NCBI GenBank assembly: GCA_031417395.1
Contig: JANOVM010000026.1
Location: 6,567-70,566, forward strand
Direction of reading: 5' to 3'
DNA: 64,000 nucleotides
Source of the DNA: Bacteroidota bacterium
Lineage (GTDB): Bacteria > Bacteroidota > Bacteroidia > AKYH767-A > 2013-40CM-41-45
How positions within the stretch are numbered: position 1 is the stretch's first letter; every line of letters begins with the position of its first letter. A program made the position numbers and the translations under genes. This document shows positions 46,087-57,399 of this stretch, in pieces. The notes below the pieces were generated by a model, which was not told the DNA's origin, did no database searches, and saw only the letters and a list, made by a program, of their open reading frames with translations.

Positions 46087-47463
46087 TCATTTTTTCACTT
46101 CTTCCCCAAAAACAATCAACTCTCCATTTACTTTCTTCAAAAACGATTCAGCAACCTTTGCAGTATACTTTGCTTCTGCAAACCTTGCCATAGCTTCCTC
46201 ATACGTCCGTTGCGCATCAAGAATCTCTGCATTGTTACTTGTTCCAATGCGGTAACGCTCCTGTGCTACAGTTAGCACTTCTTTTGCATAAACAATATTT
46301 TGTTCTTCAATGCGCAAAATAGCTAAAGCATCGTTAAAACTCCGCCAGGAATTGTATAGGTCGGCATTAACTTGTGCATTTGCCGATTCATATTCTAATT
46401 TAGCATTCGCTGCTTCTAATTTTACATTTTTTACCTGATTGTTTATTGTAAATCCACGAAAAAGAGGCAATGATGCTGAAGCTCCGTAATTGAATCCATT
46501 GGATCGATTGTATAATATAAATCCTGCCTCATTAGTATTTTTAGAATAAGCATAATGAGCATTAATGTTGATGACAGGCATGCGAAGGGCTTTTATTTCT
46601 TTAAGCTCCAATTCAGCAATTCGCTTGTTATGTTTGTAATAACTCAGAAGGGAGTTTCTTTCAAAAGCAGACTTCTTTAATTCTTCGAGCTGTGGCTGAT
46701 AAACAATAGTAACGCTGTCTTCTACCGTAAATAATATCTCAACAGATCTGCCAAGTAATTGATTTAAGGAAATACGTTCAGCATCTGCTTCCGATTTAAT
46801 TTTTATTTCCAGGGTTCGCTGACGGTTTAAATCGGTTTTAGCCTGAAGCAAATCAAGCCTTGAGCCCGAGCCATTGTTCAATTTACGTTCAGCAATCTTT
46901 TCTCTCTCCTGAGAAAATTTAATTTCTTCCTGTATGGAACGGAGTAATTGTTGCTGCTTTACCATTGAATAATAAGCTTTGGTAACTTCCAAAATTGAAT
47001 TCTCTATTTGCATTTGCAATTGCTCCTTCGATTGCAAGAAGCGCTCTGAAAGTTTTTCTTTAGTGCTGAACATTTTGAGCCCGTCGAAAATTGTCCAAAC
47101 AGCCCCTATGTCACCACTCGTATTGTTAGCAGAAGCAGCCGTGCGGTTAACTTCATTTCCAGTATTGTATTTTTGCTTTAGTGAATTGGATGATTTTGTA
47201 TAGCTTCCGTTTGCATCAATCCTGGGTAACATGCCGGCATTGCCGGCAGAATTATTATTTTCAGCCTGAAAGCTGTTATTCCCGGCAATGCGTATGTCGT
47301 AATTATTATTTAATACAATTTCAACTGCTTTTTGAAACTTCAAGAGGGAATCTTGTGAAAAAATTTTATTTGGGGAAAGAAAGAAAAAAATACTAAAAAA
47401 GAATATCCAATTAATGTATACTCTTTTACAATTATTTTTTTTTATTTTATTAAAAATAATCAC
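46087..47463 (-). CDS. TolC family outer membrane efflux protein
   Basis: OEP repeat pattern; last gene of the RND operon, overlapping the permease by 4 nt. Confidence 0.9.
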   Translation of the reverse strand: MIIFNKIKKNNCKRVYINWIFFFSIFFFLSPNKIFSQDSLLKFQKAVEIVLNNNYDIRIAGNNSFQAENNNSAGNAGMLPRIDANGSYTKSSNSLKQKYNTGNEVNRTAASANNTSGDIGAVWTIFDGLKMFSTKEKLSERFLQSKEQLQMQIENSILEVTKAYYSMVKQQQLLRSIQEEIKFSQEREKIAERKLNNGSGSRLDLLQAKTDLNRQRTLEIKIKSEADAERISLNQLLGRSVEILFTVEDSVTIVYQPQLEELKKSAFERNSLLSYYKHNKRIAELELKEIKALRMPVININAHYAYSKNTNEAGFILYNRSNGFNYGASASLPLFRGFTINNQVKNVKLEAANAKLEYESANAQVNADLYNSWRSFNDALAILRIEEQNIVYAKEVLTVAQERYRIGTSNNAEILDAQRTYEEAMARFAEAKYTAKVAESFLKKVNGELIVFGEEVKK

Positions 47464-50400
47464 GATTCTTTGTTCTTAATTTTCATTGAAATAAATGTAT
47501 ACATAGCAGGTATTACAAAAAGTGTAAGCACCAATGAAAACAACAATCCTCCGGCTACAACTATTCCCATGGGCATTCTGCTTTGTGCTCCATTTCCAAG
47601 TCCTATGGCAATTGGCAATGCGCCTAACACTGTGGCAATGCTGGTCATCAAAATCGGGCGAAGTCTCAAAGTAGCTGCTTCAATTACTGCTTCTTTTAAT
47701 GCAAGTCCATTTTCTTTCTGCTGATTGGCAAATTCAACTATAAGGATTCCATTTTTTGTCACCAATCCTATAAGCATTATTATACCTATCTGACTGAAGA
47801 TATTTAATGTCTGGTTAAACATCCATAAAGCTAATACCGCTCCTGCTAATGCCAGTGGAACTGTAAGCATAATTATGAGAGGGTCAGTAAAACTTTCAAA
47901 TTGTGCTGCTAAAATTAAGTATATGAGAATCAATGCCAGTATAAAAGCAAATAAAATATTTGATCCGCTTTCTGCAAAATCGCGGGAGGGACCTGTAAGC
48001 GCAGTTGAGAAAGATTCGTCCAATACTTTCTTAGAGATTTCATTCATTGCATTTATTCCATCTCCTATTGTTTTTCCGGGAGCAAGTCCTGCTGAAACGG
48101 TTGCTGATTTATACCTGTTAAAATGATACAATTGCGGCGGACTACTTTCATCACTTACCTTGATTAAATTGTCAAGCTGTATCATTTCACCATTATTGTT
48201 CTTAACATACAATGATTTCAAATCTAATGGCTCATCACGGTAAGCTCTTTCCATTTGTGCAATAACCTGGTATTGCTTTCCGTTCATTGTAAAATATGAA
48301 ATTCTTCTGCCGCTATAGGAAAGCTGTAATGTTTGTGCAATATCATTTACAGATACTCCCAATGCCGATGCTCTGTCTCTGTTAGTTGTTATATTTAATT
48401 CGGGTTTGTTGAATTTTAAGTTTACATCCACTCCCTGAAATACATTACTTTTATTGGCTTCCTCCATAAAAGCGGGTAGTACTTTCTTCAGTGCTTCGAA
48501 GTTTGGCGCCTGAATAACATATTGAACCGGTAGACTGGTTCTTGCGGCCATACCAACACTTATAGTCTGTTCCTGAAGAACGAAAGCTCGTCCCTCGGGA
48601 AAAAAACTCAAATTTCTGTTTATCATATCAGCAATCTTTTGCTGCGATCTTTTTCTTTCTTTGGGATCCTTTAATCCCAGACGAACAAAACCGGTATTTA
48701 CTGCGCCTGATCCTGTAAAGCCCGGGGCAGTAACGCTTAATACCAGTCTGTTTTCAGGTACGGAGTCGAGTACAAATTGAGTAAGTCTATCCATATACGA
48801 ATCCATGTATTCGTAGGATGTTCCTTCAGGCGCTAAAACCTGAAGCCTTAAAAGACTCCGGTCTTCTAAGGGTGCCAATTCAGATTTCAATATTTTTCCA
48901 ATGCCAAATATCATGATTGCACAGATGGCGAGAATAGTTAATGCCCAGCCTCTGCGGTTAATAAAATTGGTGAGTGAATTTCTATAACCTTCAGTCATTC
49001 TGTGGAAAAAAGGTTCTGTTCTTTCGTAAAATCTTGAATGCTTGTGATTTTTTCGTGCAAGCTTAACGTTTAAGACAGGCGTAAGCGACAGTGAAACGAA
49101 AGCAGAAATAAGTATTGCCCCCGACATAACAATTCCGAATTCCCGAAACAACCTGCCAACAAAGCCCTGGAGAAATATAATGGGAAGAAAAACAACAGCC
49201 AGTGTAATGGACGTAGAAACAACAGCAAAGAAAATTTCATTGGAACCTTTTTCAGCAGCCTCCATGGGCTTCATTCCCCGTTCAATCTTTCTGTAAATAT
49301 TTTCAGTAACAACAATGCCATCATCCACTACAAGACCTGTAGCAAGCACTATGGCAAGCAACGTCAATATATTAATGCTAAAACCTGCCAGATACATAAT
49401 GAAAAAAGCACCAATTAAGGAAACAGGTATGTCGATCAACGGCCGCAAAGCAATCAGCCAGTCACGGAAGAAAAGATAAATAATTAACACTACAAGCAAG
49501 AAAGCAATCAACAATGTTTCCTCAACCTCTCCTATAGAGCGTCGGATAAAACCTGTATTGTCGAGGGCTATGCCAAGTTTAAAATCTTTTGGCAAATCCT
49601 TTTTTAACTGATCGAAACGTTTGTAGAATTCATCGGCAATCTCTATATAATTCGAGCCCGGCTGTGGTACAAGTCCCAAACCTATCATAGGAATTCCGGA
49701 TTGTTTCAGAATTGTCTCTTCATTTTCTGCTCCAAGCTTAGCATAACCGACATCGCTGATACGAACGGGACTTCCGGCAACATTGGTAATGATTAGATTG
49801 TTAAAATCATCAACATTATTAAGTCTTCCGCGTGTGTTAACAATTAACTCTGTCGAATTCCCTGCGATTTTTCCGCCTGGCAATTCTATATTCTCTCTGT
49901 TAAGGGCATTTTGCAGATCGAGTGGAGTAAGATTGTATGCTGATAATTTTGCAGGATCGAGCCAGATCCTCATGGCGAATTTTTTCTCTCCCCATACCTG
50001 TATGGTGCTAACACCTGTAATCGTTTGCAGCCTTTCGAGAATTACAGTGGAAGCATAATCGCTTACTTCAAGCTGATTTCTACTGTCGCTTTGAACAGTC
50101 ATGGAAATAATAGCTTCACTATTTGCATCGGACTTGGTAACAACAGGCGGCGCATCTATATCCTGCGGCAATTGTCTAATGGCTTGAGATACCTTATCAC
50201 GAACATCATTTGCCGCCGCTTCGAGATCCACTTCCAGGTTGAATTCAACTGTAATGTTACTGCTTCCTTGATTGCTGGCAGACGATATAGTTCGAATACC
50301 GGCAATTCCGTTTATTGCTTTTTCAATAGGTTCCGTTATCTGTGACTCAATAACTTCTGCACTTGCTCCGGTATAAGCTGTACGAACGGTGATTATTGGA

Positions 50401-50525
50401 GGATCTACTGATGGGTATTCCCGTATTCCAAGATAACGATATCCAATAAAGCCAAAAAGAATGATAACAATAGACATTACCATTGCCAATACCGGACGCT
50501 TCAGACTTATGGAAGAAAGTGACAC
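47460..50525 (-). CDS. RND efflux permease (AcrB/HAE1-like)
   Basis: RPVLA, GLVVDDGIVV, KNGILIV and RLRPILMT. Confidence 0.96.
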   Translation of the reverse strand: MSLSSISLKRPVLAMVMSIVIILFGFIGYRYLGIREYPSVDPPIITVRTAYTGASAEVIESQITEPIEKAINGIAGIRTISSASNQGSSNITVEFNLEVDLEAAANDVRDKVSQAIRQLPQDIDAPPVVTKSDANSEAIISMTVQSDSRNQLEVSDYASTVILERLQTITGVSTIQVWGEKKFAMRIWLDPAKLSAYNLTPLDLQNALNRENIELPGGKIAGNSTELIVNTRGRLNNVDDFNNLIITNVAGSPVRISDVGYAKLGAENEETILKQSGIPMIGLGLVPQPGSNYIEIADEFYKRFDQLKKDLPKDFKLGIALDNTGFIRRSIGEVEETLLIAFLLVVLIIYLFFRDWLIALRPLIDIPVSLIGAFFIMYLAGFSINILTLLAIVLATGLVVDDGIVVTENIYRKIERGMKPMEAAEKGSNEIFFAVVSTSITLAVVFLPIIFLQGFVGRLFREFGIVMSGAILISAFVSLSLTPVLNVKLARKNHKHSRFYERTEPFFHRMTEGYRNSLTNFINRRGWALTILAICAIMIFGIGKILKSELAPLEDRSLLRLQVLAPEGTSYEYMDSYMDRLTQFVLDSVPENRLVLSVTAPGFTGSGAVNTGFVRLGLKDPKERKRSQQKIADMINRNLSFFPEGRAFVLQEQTISVGMAARTSLPVQYVIQAPNFEALKKVLPAFMEEANKSNVFQGVDVNLKFNKPELNITTNRDRASALGVSVNDIAQTLQLSYSGRRISYFTMNGKQYQVIAQMERAYRDEPLDLKSLYVKNNNGEMIQLDNLIKVSDESSPPQLYHFNRYKSATVSAGLAPGKTIGDGINAMNEISKKVLDESFSTALTGPSRDFAESGSNILFAFILALILIYLILAAQFESFTDPLIIMLTVPLALAGAVLALWMFNQTLNIFSQIGIIMLIGLVTKNGILIVEFANQQKENGLALKEAVIEAATLRLRPILMTSIATVLGALPIAIGLGNGAQSRMPMGIVVAGGLLFSLVLTLFVIPAMYTFISMKIKNKES

Positions 50526-51602
50526 TTATTTGGATTTAAAAAAGGAATCTTTAATACTTATCGATAATTGCATTCCCGGTTTTGCCTGCATAATTCCTGT
50601 AATTAGTAAAGTATCACCTTCTTTTAAACCGGAGGTAATTTGAATAGAAGAATCGTTTCTAATTCCTGTTTCAACAGGGATTTTTTCTGCCTTACCATTT
50701 TTAGAAATAAAAACTTTTTGTCCTTTTAATTCAGGGACTACCGCTTGTGTCGGTATTAAAATTGCATTCTCTTCCTTTTTCAACGGGATTTCAATATGAG
50801 CAAATGCTCCGGGAAATAATTTCATTTCATTATTTTCGCAAACAGCGCGCACCAGAACGCTTCTTGTTTTCAAATCAATTTTAGGTTCAAAAGCGTAAAT
50901 CTTACCCTTAAAGATTCCGTCGGATGATTCTGTTGTAAAATGTATTTCAGAATTTATATTAATCATTTTTCTGTACCGTTCGGGTAGAGAAAATTCAAGT
51001 TTAATGGGTTCGATGGACTGAATGGTAGCAATAGTTGTATTGGCAGTAAGAAAAGCACCGCGGCTGACAGATTTTAACCCGATTATGCCATCAAAAGGAG
51101 CAGCAATTTGAGTCTTACTCAGGTTAGAGCGAATTAAATCGATGTCTGCTTTAATGGTATTCAACTGATTCAATGAAACATCATATTCCTGTTGACTGAT
51201 TCCGTTTACGGTTAGTAAATCCTTTTGACGTTCTTCAGTCTTTTCAGCGATTTCTTTTTGAAGCTGAAGTTTTTTTAATTGTGCAAGTAAATCATCATCG
51301 TAAAGTGTTAGTAAAAGGTCTCCTTTTTTAACTCGTGAACCTTCTTTGAATATTATTGCAGTAATTTTTCCGGGAATTTCATTTTTAATATCAACTTCTT
51401 CGTTTGCCAGCAATGTTCCTGATGCGTAAATCAGGTTTTCCATTGAACTTGAGTTTACAACAATGGCATTTACTTTTAAAGGCTGCTTACCTGCCAAAGC
51501 CGGATTCATGGCAGTAGGTGAGGGCGAGCTGCATTTATTAATATATACAACAACAGCAATAAAAAGTAAAGCAAGTAGTAAAATAAAACGTCCGGTTTTC
51601 AT
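50526..51602 (-). CDS. RND efflux periplasmic adaptor (MFP)
   Basis: Lipoyl-like VKKGDLL and IAAPFDG motifs; abuts the permease. Confidence 0.94.
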   Translation of the reverse strand: MKTGRFILLLALLFIAVVVYINKCSSPSPTAMNPALAGKQPLKVNAIVVNSSSMENLIYASGTLLANEEVDIKNEIPGKITAIIFKEGSRVKKGDLLLTLYDDDLLAQLKKLQLQKEIAEKTEERQKDLLTVNGISQQEYDVSLNQLNTIKADIDLIRSNLSKTQIAAPFDGIIGLKSVSRGAFLTANTTIATIQSIEPIKLEFSLPERYRKMININSEIHFTTESSDGIFKGKIYAFEPKIDLKTRSVLVRAVCENNEMKLFPGAFAHIEIPLKKEENAILIPTQAVVPELKGQKVFISKNGKAEKIPVETGIRNDSSIQITSGLKEGDTLLITGIMQAKPGMQLSISIKDSFFKSK

Positions 51603-51711
51603 ATAATTATTTTCTCATTTTGCCAAGATAGCAATTACTTTTTTCACCCACGATATATCTTTGGATTATTTGAAACGGGAAGAAAGTCTTTAATTGTTTG
51701 ATACAATTTTG

Positions 51712-52785
51712 TTACTTCCACTCGGCAATAAAAAGATTTGTATCATGTCCGCCGCTATTATTCCTGTTACTGGAAAAGACAAGTTTCTTACCGTCTCTTG
51801 AAAAAACAGGAAAAGCATCAAAAACATCATTGTATGAAACCTGCTCCAAGTTTCTGCCTTTAAGATCACACATCCATAAATTAAAATGGTAACCCTTTTT
51901 AGCATGGTTGCTGGAAAAAATTACTTTTTTTCCATCGGCAGTAAAATATGGTGCCCAGTTAGCTCCACCCAGGTGCGTCAATTGGCGAAGTCCGCTGCCA
52001 TCGGCATTGCAAATAAATAGTTCCATATTGGTAGGCATTACCATACCTTGTTTCAATAAATCTTTATATATTTTAATTTCTTCATCAGTCTTTGGTCTGG
52101 ATGCTCTAAAGATTAATTTCTTTCCATCGGGCGAAAAAAATGCTCCGCCATCATAACCTAAATCATGCGTAATTTGTTTTACATTACTTCCGTCTACATT
52201 CATTGTATAAAGCTCCAAATCGCCGCTGCGAAGTGATGTAAAAACTATTTTATCACCCTTTGGACTCAGTGTCGCTTCTGCATCATAACCGGGTGTGTTT
52301 GTTAGTTTTCTTTTAATTGTACCGTTTAAATCAGCAACGAATATGTCAAAGCTATCATAAATCGGCCAAACGTACTTATGGTCGGCGCGTGGTGCCGGCT
52401 TCGGTGGACATTCACCCGATGCTTCATGTGTTGAAGCATACAAAATCAAAGAATCACCCGGAAGAAAATAAGAACATGTCGTTCTTCCTTTTCCTGTACT
52501 TACAAGTTTTGGATTAAAATCATCAAGATTTGAATAATATATCTGATCGCATGATACATTCCAGGCCGGATTCGTAACCTGAAAAACGATAGATTTATTG
52601 TTGAAACTGAAATATGCTTCAGCATTATCGCCACCAAATGTTAATTGTCGTACCGATTTAAAATGTTTCTCTTCTTTAAAATGAATAGCTGAGTCTGGTT
52701 GGCTTATTACCTCTTTCTGACAATAAGCGTTTTGCGAAAGAGTTAAAAATGAATAAATTACTAAAAATGTAAAGGCTGCTTTCAT
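51712..52785 (-). CDS. TolB-like PD40/WD40 beta-propeller protein, exported
   Basis: Repeated FSPDGKK / GYDAEA / SNRN motifs; signal peptide. Confidence 0.87.
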   Translation of the reverse strand: MKAAFTFLVIYSFLTLSQNAYCQKEVISQPDSAIHFKEEKHFKSVRQLTFGGDNAEAYFSFNNKSIVFQVTNPAWNVSCDQIYYSNLDDFNPKLVSTGKGRTTCSYFLPGDSLILYASTHEASGECPPKPAPRADHKYVWPIYDSFDIFVADLNGTIKRKLTNTPGYDAEATLSPKGDKIVFTSLRSGDLELYTMNVDGSNVKQITHDLGYDGGAFFSPDGKKLIFRASRPKTDEEIKIYKDLLKQGMVMPTNMELFICNADGSGLRQLTHLGGANWAPYFTADGKKVIFSSNHAKKGYHFNLWMCDLKGRNLEQVSYNDVFDAFPVFSRDGKKLVFSSNRNNSGGHDTNLFIAEWK

Positions 52786-52944
52786 AAATTAAGTTTGTCA
52801 AAGCTAATAATTTCATCGGTTTAGAATTGTCATTACATCATCAGTATTTATAAAATAATTATATTAATATTTCGAAATATTGAACTATTGATTAGTTTTA
52901 ACAACTTCTTAAATGTTTAATTTCTCATTCATTCAAATATTCAT

Positions 52945-54999
52945 ATGTCCAAATTAAAGAAAACCTTATCAGCCTTTTTGATTTTTGCCGCTTGTTCAGG
53001 ATGCAAGGAAAAATCGACCAATTTAACTTCTATTAAGGAAGATGATTTCCTGGTTCAATACATCGATAGTTCTGTTAAACCCGGTGATGATTTTTTCAAA
53101 TTTGCAACCGGTAACTGGATGAAAAATAATCCAATTCCGTCCAGTGAACGAAGATGGGGTATTGCTAATCTTGTCAGGAATGATATCTACGATCAAATAC
53201 GCAGGATAAATGATGAAGCAGCAAAAAACTCGGATTCTAAGAAGGGCAGCAATGCTCAAATGATTGGAGATTTCTGGGCTACGGGAATGGATTCTGCTAA
53301 GATAGATCAACAGGGTGTCACTCCTTTAATGCCTTATTTCGACAAGGTTGATGCAGTTAAAACTAAAGAGGAGCTTGTTTCACTTATTGGAGAATTCCAG
53401 ATGTATGCAGGCTCGCCATTGTTTTCTCCGGCAATTTTTCAGGATGAAAAAAATAGTGAAAAATTTGCTTTACATTTTTATCAGGGTGGTATAGGTTTGC
53501 CCGACAGAGATTATTATTTTAATAATGATTCACGCACACAGAATATCAGAAATGAATATAAAATACATGTGAAAAAAATGTTCATGCTTCTTGGGCTTGA
53601 TGAAAGGAAAGCAAATGCCAATAGCGAAACAATTTTCAAAATTGAAGCAGACCTTGCAAAAGCTTCACGGAAAATTGAAGAAATGCGCGACCCTTACAGG
53701 AATTACAATAAAATGTCTCTTTCTGATTTTACAAAGCTGACGCCATCCATCCAATGGGATAAATTTCTTACTCAAATCAATATTAAAGGACTTGATTCCA
53801 TAATCGTGGGCCAGCCGGAGTTTTATGTACAGGTTGAAAAAAGTTTGAAATCTATTAGTATCGACGACTGGAAAACTTATTTAAAATGGAATCTCCTCAA
53901 TGCTTTTGCTGATAATTTAAGCGCGCCATTCGATCAGCAGAATTTTCATTTTTTCGGTACCGTAATGTCGGGTACTACTGAGCAGCGCCCACGCTGGAAA
54001 AGAATTATGGATGAGGAAGAAGGATTTTTGGGAGATGCCCTCGGACAGCTTTATGTAGCAAAATATGTTCCTGAAAAAATGCGTAAACGCTACGATGATC
54101 TTGTGCAAAATATGCTTGATACATACAAAGAGAGGATTCAGAAACTAGATTGGATGAGCGAAGGAACAAAAGCAAAAGCTGAATTTAAGCTTTCAAAAAT
54201 AAACAGCAAAGTTTGTTATCCCGACAAATGGAAAGATTATTCAGGATTGGAAATCAGTCGTGATTCTCATTTACAAAATGTTATCAATTGCCATAAATGG
54301 CAGTATAACTATGAAGTTGCAAAATTGTATAAACCCGTCGATCGCCAGGAATGGGAAATGACTCCGCAAACATATAATGCCTATTACAATCCCTCCAACA
54401 ATGAAATTGTTCTTCCTGCAGCTCAGTTCCTGATTCCCGGTCTGCCTGATTCTTTGGCTGATGATGCAATTATTTACGGCTATGCTGCAGCCAGTACAAT
54501 TGGACATGAATTAACTCATGGCTTTGACGACCAAGGCAGACAATTCGATGCTTCCGGAAATCTTTCTAACTGGTGGACTTCCGAAGACTCATTAAAATTT
54601 AGTCAGCGTGCGAATATTCTAATCGAACATTTCAATAATTATACTGTACTCGATAGCCTTAAGATTAATGGAGAAGCAACGCTCGGTGAAAATATGGCAG
54701 ACCTTGGCGGTATCGTTATTGGATTGGATGCTTTCAAAAAAACAGAACAATACAAAAAAGGAGAGAAGACCGATGGGCTAACTCCTGTTCAAAGATATTT
54801 CCTTGGTTACACACTTGGCTGGCTGGGCCACACGCGTGATGCAGCTCTTGCCATGCAGGTTATGACAAACGTACATTCTCCAAACTTTCTGCGGGTAAAC
54901 GGACCGTTCTCCCTCGTCCCTGAATTCTATGAAGCCTTTGGAATCAAAGAAGGCGATAAAATGTGGAGACCGGATTCGCTACGAGTTAAAATTTGGTAG
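52945..54999 (+). CDS. M13 family metallopeptidase (PepO/neprilysin-like), lipoprotein
   Basis: NAYY, HELTH zinc motif, GENMAD and HSP...RVNG. Confidence 0.95.
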   Translation: MSKLKKTLSAFLIFAACSGCKEKSTNLTSIKEDDFLVQYIDSSVKPGDDFFKFATGNWMKNNPIPSSERRWGIANLVRNDIYDQIRRINDEAAKNSDSKKGSNAQMIGDFWATGMDSAKIDQQGVTPLMPYFDKVDAVKTKEELVSLIGEFQMYAGSPLFSPAIFQDEKNSEKFALHFYQGGIGLPDRDYYFNNDSRTQNIRNEYKIHVKKMFMLLGLDERKANANSETIFKIEADLAKASRKIEEMRDPYRNYNKMSLSDFTKLTPSIQWDKFLTQINIKGLDSIIVGQPEFYVQVEKSLKSISIDDWKTYLKWNLLNAFADNLSAPFDQQNFHFFGTVMSGTTEQRPRWKRIMDEEEGFLGDALGQLYVAKYVPEKMRKRYDDLVQNMLDTYKERIQKLDWMSEGTKAKAEFKLSKINSKVCYPDKWKDYSGLEISRDSHLQNVINCHKWQYNYEVAKLYKPVDRQEWEMTPQTYNAYYNPSNNEIVLPAAQFLIPGLPDSLADDAIIYGYAAASTIGHELTHGFDDQGRQFDASGNLSNWWTSEDSLKFSQRANILIEHFNNYTVLDSLKINGEATLGENMADLGGIVIGLDAFKKTEQYKKGEKTDGLTPVQRYFLGYTLGWLGHTRDAALAMQVMTNVHSPNFLRVNGPFSLVPEFYEAFGIKEGDKMWRPDSLRVKIW

Positions 55000-55026
55000 A
55001 GGTTTATAATTCGTTAAACATCACTT

Positions 55027-55119
55027 CATGTCCCGTTAGGGACTCAATCTCGGTAACCGTCCCGTCAGGGACGAAGCATCGGTAACACTCCATGTCCCGT
55101 AGGGACTCAATCTCGGTAA
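55027..55119 (+). repeat. Three tandem GTCCC-N3/4-GGGAC...TCGGTAA hairpin repeats
   Basis: Copies at 55027-55056, 55059-55085 and 55091-55119; the last abuts the next ATG. Confidence 0.87.
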
Positions 55120-57399
55120 ATGACTAAAGCCCTCACCACCCTTCTAATATTTGTTTTCACCATATCCTTCCCCACAACCGCACAAACATGGAAAGAAGTC
55201 GGCCCGGTTGAGTTTCCTGTTATAAGCGGTTTTCTCCATGGTACGGGCAGGGTTCAGCAATTTAAATTTCATTCAACGGATCCTAATAAAATGTATGCCC
55301 TGGCAAAGGGTGGATTGTTTGTGTCTACCGACAGTGGTGAAAACTGGAAGAGTAGTGGAACAGATATTTTACCGGGTAGTACGCTTTATAGTTTTTGTGT
55401 TGATCCAACAAATGATCAGATTATTTATGTAAGTACTTGCGATAAACTTTTTTTTCTCACAAATACAGTCATTTATAAAACTACAGATGGTGGACTTTCT
55501 TGGAATGCTGCCAATAACGGTCTCGTCAATAAATTGGCATTTGATATGATTGTTGATCCTTCAAACACTCAGCGAATAATCATTGCTACCAATAATGGTA
55601 TATGGAATTCAAATAATGGAGGAGCTAACTGGTCTGTAGCAAAGAGTGGTGGATATTTTACTCACATGATGCAAATTCCCAATAGCAATACACTCGTTGC
55701 TGTTACGGAGACTGAAGTTTGGCGGAGCTCTGATTTTGGAAACAACTGGTCTGAGGTTAACAATGTTTCATTTTCTGAAGCAGGCGCAGATGGAATGAGA
55801 GTTTGTGTAAATAGTGTACAACCAAATATTGTCTATGTTTTTAGTAATGGTGGTAACGGTGTTTTTTTTAAAAGTGTGGACTCTGCAAATAATTTTACAA
55901 AAATTTATAACAGCTCTACCGTTTGCTTAGTTTGTCGAAACTCCAATCCTTTATCAGGGGGCCAGGGAAATTATGATTTAGCAGCATGTTGCAATCCTCA
56001 AAATCCGGATCATTTGTATGTAGGTGCACATAATGTTTGGGAAAGCAATGACGGGGGTTTAAGCTGGGAAGAGAAAGGAAGTAATGGACCTATATACTTA
56101 CACACGGATCATACTCAGTTGACATTTAATCCACATAACAATTCTGAACTTTGGATATCAACTGATGGAGGTATGTTTAATAGAGTTGGAGCCAATGACA
56201 GTTTATGGAATATGAAAAGCAATGGATTGGGAAGCTTGGAAATCTGGCATGCAGCATGTTCTCCGACTATAAATAATTTACTCTCTATTGGTACGCAGGA
56301 TAATGGCGAGCTATATATGGACAGTGCAGGCTGGTATAATATAAGAGGTGGTGACCGGAATGAAAATTTAATTGTTGATTATTCATCAAACAATTATGTA
56401 TACTATTTAGGAGATTATATTAGAAGATCTCTAACTCCACTCGACATTTATACAGGGTTAAATTATCCTTTTACTCCGGTACAGAATACAAAGATTGCTT
56501 TTTCAAGAATTAATCCTAATCTTGCTATTCTGGCAAGAGATGTACTTTGGTTATCGTTAAACATAAACAATAGCTCACCGTCGTGGACAATAATCAATTC
56601 AACTGTTTCGCCAATCCGTGCTCTTGAAATTTCAACCGCTGATCCAAATATCGCTTACCAGTTAACCAGCGGACAATTTTACCGCATAAACGATTTGTTA
56701 AGTTCGCCTGTTGTTGCTGCATATTCAAGTCCGGCAACTTCAAATTATTCAGGAACACTTTGCAGCGTAAAAAATAATGTTAATGTAGTTTATGCAAGTT
56801 GTTCTGAGAAAATATTCAGAAGCACCGATCAGGGTGCCACATGGACAAATGTTTCCTATAATTTACCTGCAAACGATATTATTAAAGTTTATTGCGATGA
56901 ATTTTCAACCGATGAAACAATCTATCTGCTAAGCGGCGATGAATATTCCGATACAAAGATTTTTAAAAAATCATTAAATGATTCTCTTTGGACAGATATT
57001 GGCGGTAATCTTCCAACAGTTGCTTATATAACGGATTTAATGATGTATAATGATAGTACACCTGAAAGCAAAATCTATGTTTCCACCATGGGACGAGGTG
57101 TTTGGTCGTATAATTTCCGGGATACTTCCGGCACTACAAAGATTAAAACTCCGGAGCCGGAATCGATTTTTAGAGTGTATCCTAATCCTGCCAATAACCT
57201 TTTCTTTGTAAAAAACCTTTTAGGTAAAAATTACACCATTCGTATTTATACAAGTGATGGAAAATTGCAGTATGAAAAATCAACAGACACAGATTTGTTA
57301 TCGGTCGACTGCAAGAATTTTTCTAAAGGATTATATGTATATTTTATTTCCCACGATGGTAAAACTAAAAGAGGAAAGATTGTAATATCGGGACCTTAA
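55120..57399 (+). CDS. BNR/Asp-box beta-propeller protein with T9SS C-terminal domain
   Basis: Multiple SxDxGxxW boxes (STDSGENW, TTDGGLSW, SNDGGLSW, STDQGATW); CTD VYPNPA...GLYVY...KIVI. Confidence 0.88.
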   Translation: MTKALTTLLIFVFTISFPTTAQTWKEVGPVEFPVISGFLHGTGRVQQFKFHSTDPNKMYALAKGGLFVSTDSGENWKSSGTDILPGSTLYSFCVDPTNDQIIYVSTCDKLFFLTNTVIYKTTDGGLSWNAANNGLVNKLAFDMIVDPSNTQRIIIATNNGIWNSNNGGANWSVAKSGGYFTHMMQIPNSNTLVAVTETEVWRSSDFGNNWSEVNNVSFSEAGADGMRVCVNSVQPNIVYVFSNGGNGVFFKSVDSANNFTKIYNSSTVCLVCRNSNPLSGGQGNYDLAACCNPQNPDHLYVGAHNVWESNDGGLSWEEKGSNGPIYLHTDHTQLTFNPHNNSELWISTDGGMFNRVGANDSLWNMKSNGLGSLEIWHAACSPTINNLLSIGTQDNGELYMDSAGWYNIRGGDRNENLIVDYSSNNYVYYLGDYIRRSLTPLDIYTGLNYPFTPVQNTKIAFSRINPNLAILARDVLWLSLNINNSSPSWTIINSTVSPIRALEISTADPNIAYQLTSGQFYRINDLLSSPVVAAYSSPATSNYSGTLCSVKNNVNVVYASCSEKIFRSTDQGATWTNVSYNLPANDIIKVYCDEFSTDETIYLLSGDEYSDTKIFKKSLNDSLWTDIGGNLPTVAYITDLMMYNDSTPESKIYVSTMGRGVWSYNFRDTSGTTKIKTPEPESIFRVYPNPANNLFFVKNLLGKNYTIRIYTSDGKLQYEKSTDTDLLSVDCKNFSKGLYVYFISHDGKTKRGKIVISGP

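Noticed and set aside
55027-55119. Mini-CRISPR interpretation of the three 27-30 bp repeats
   Set aside because: Repeats are separated by only about 2-5 nt, so there are no spacers.
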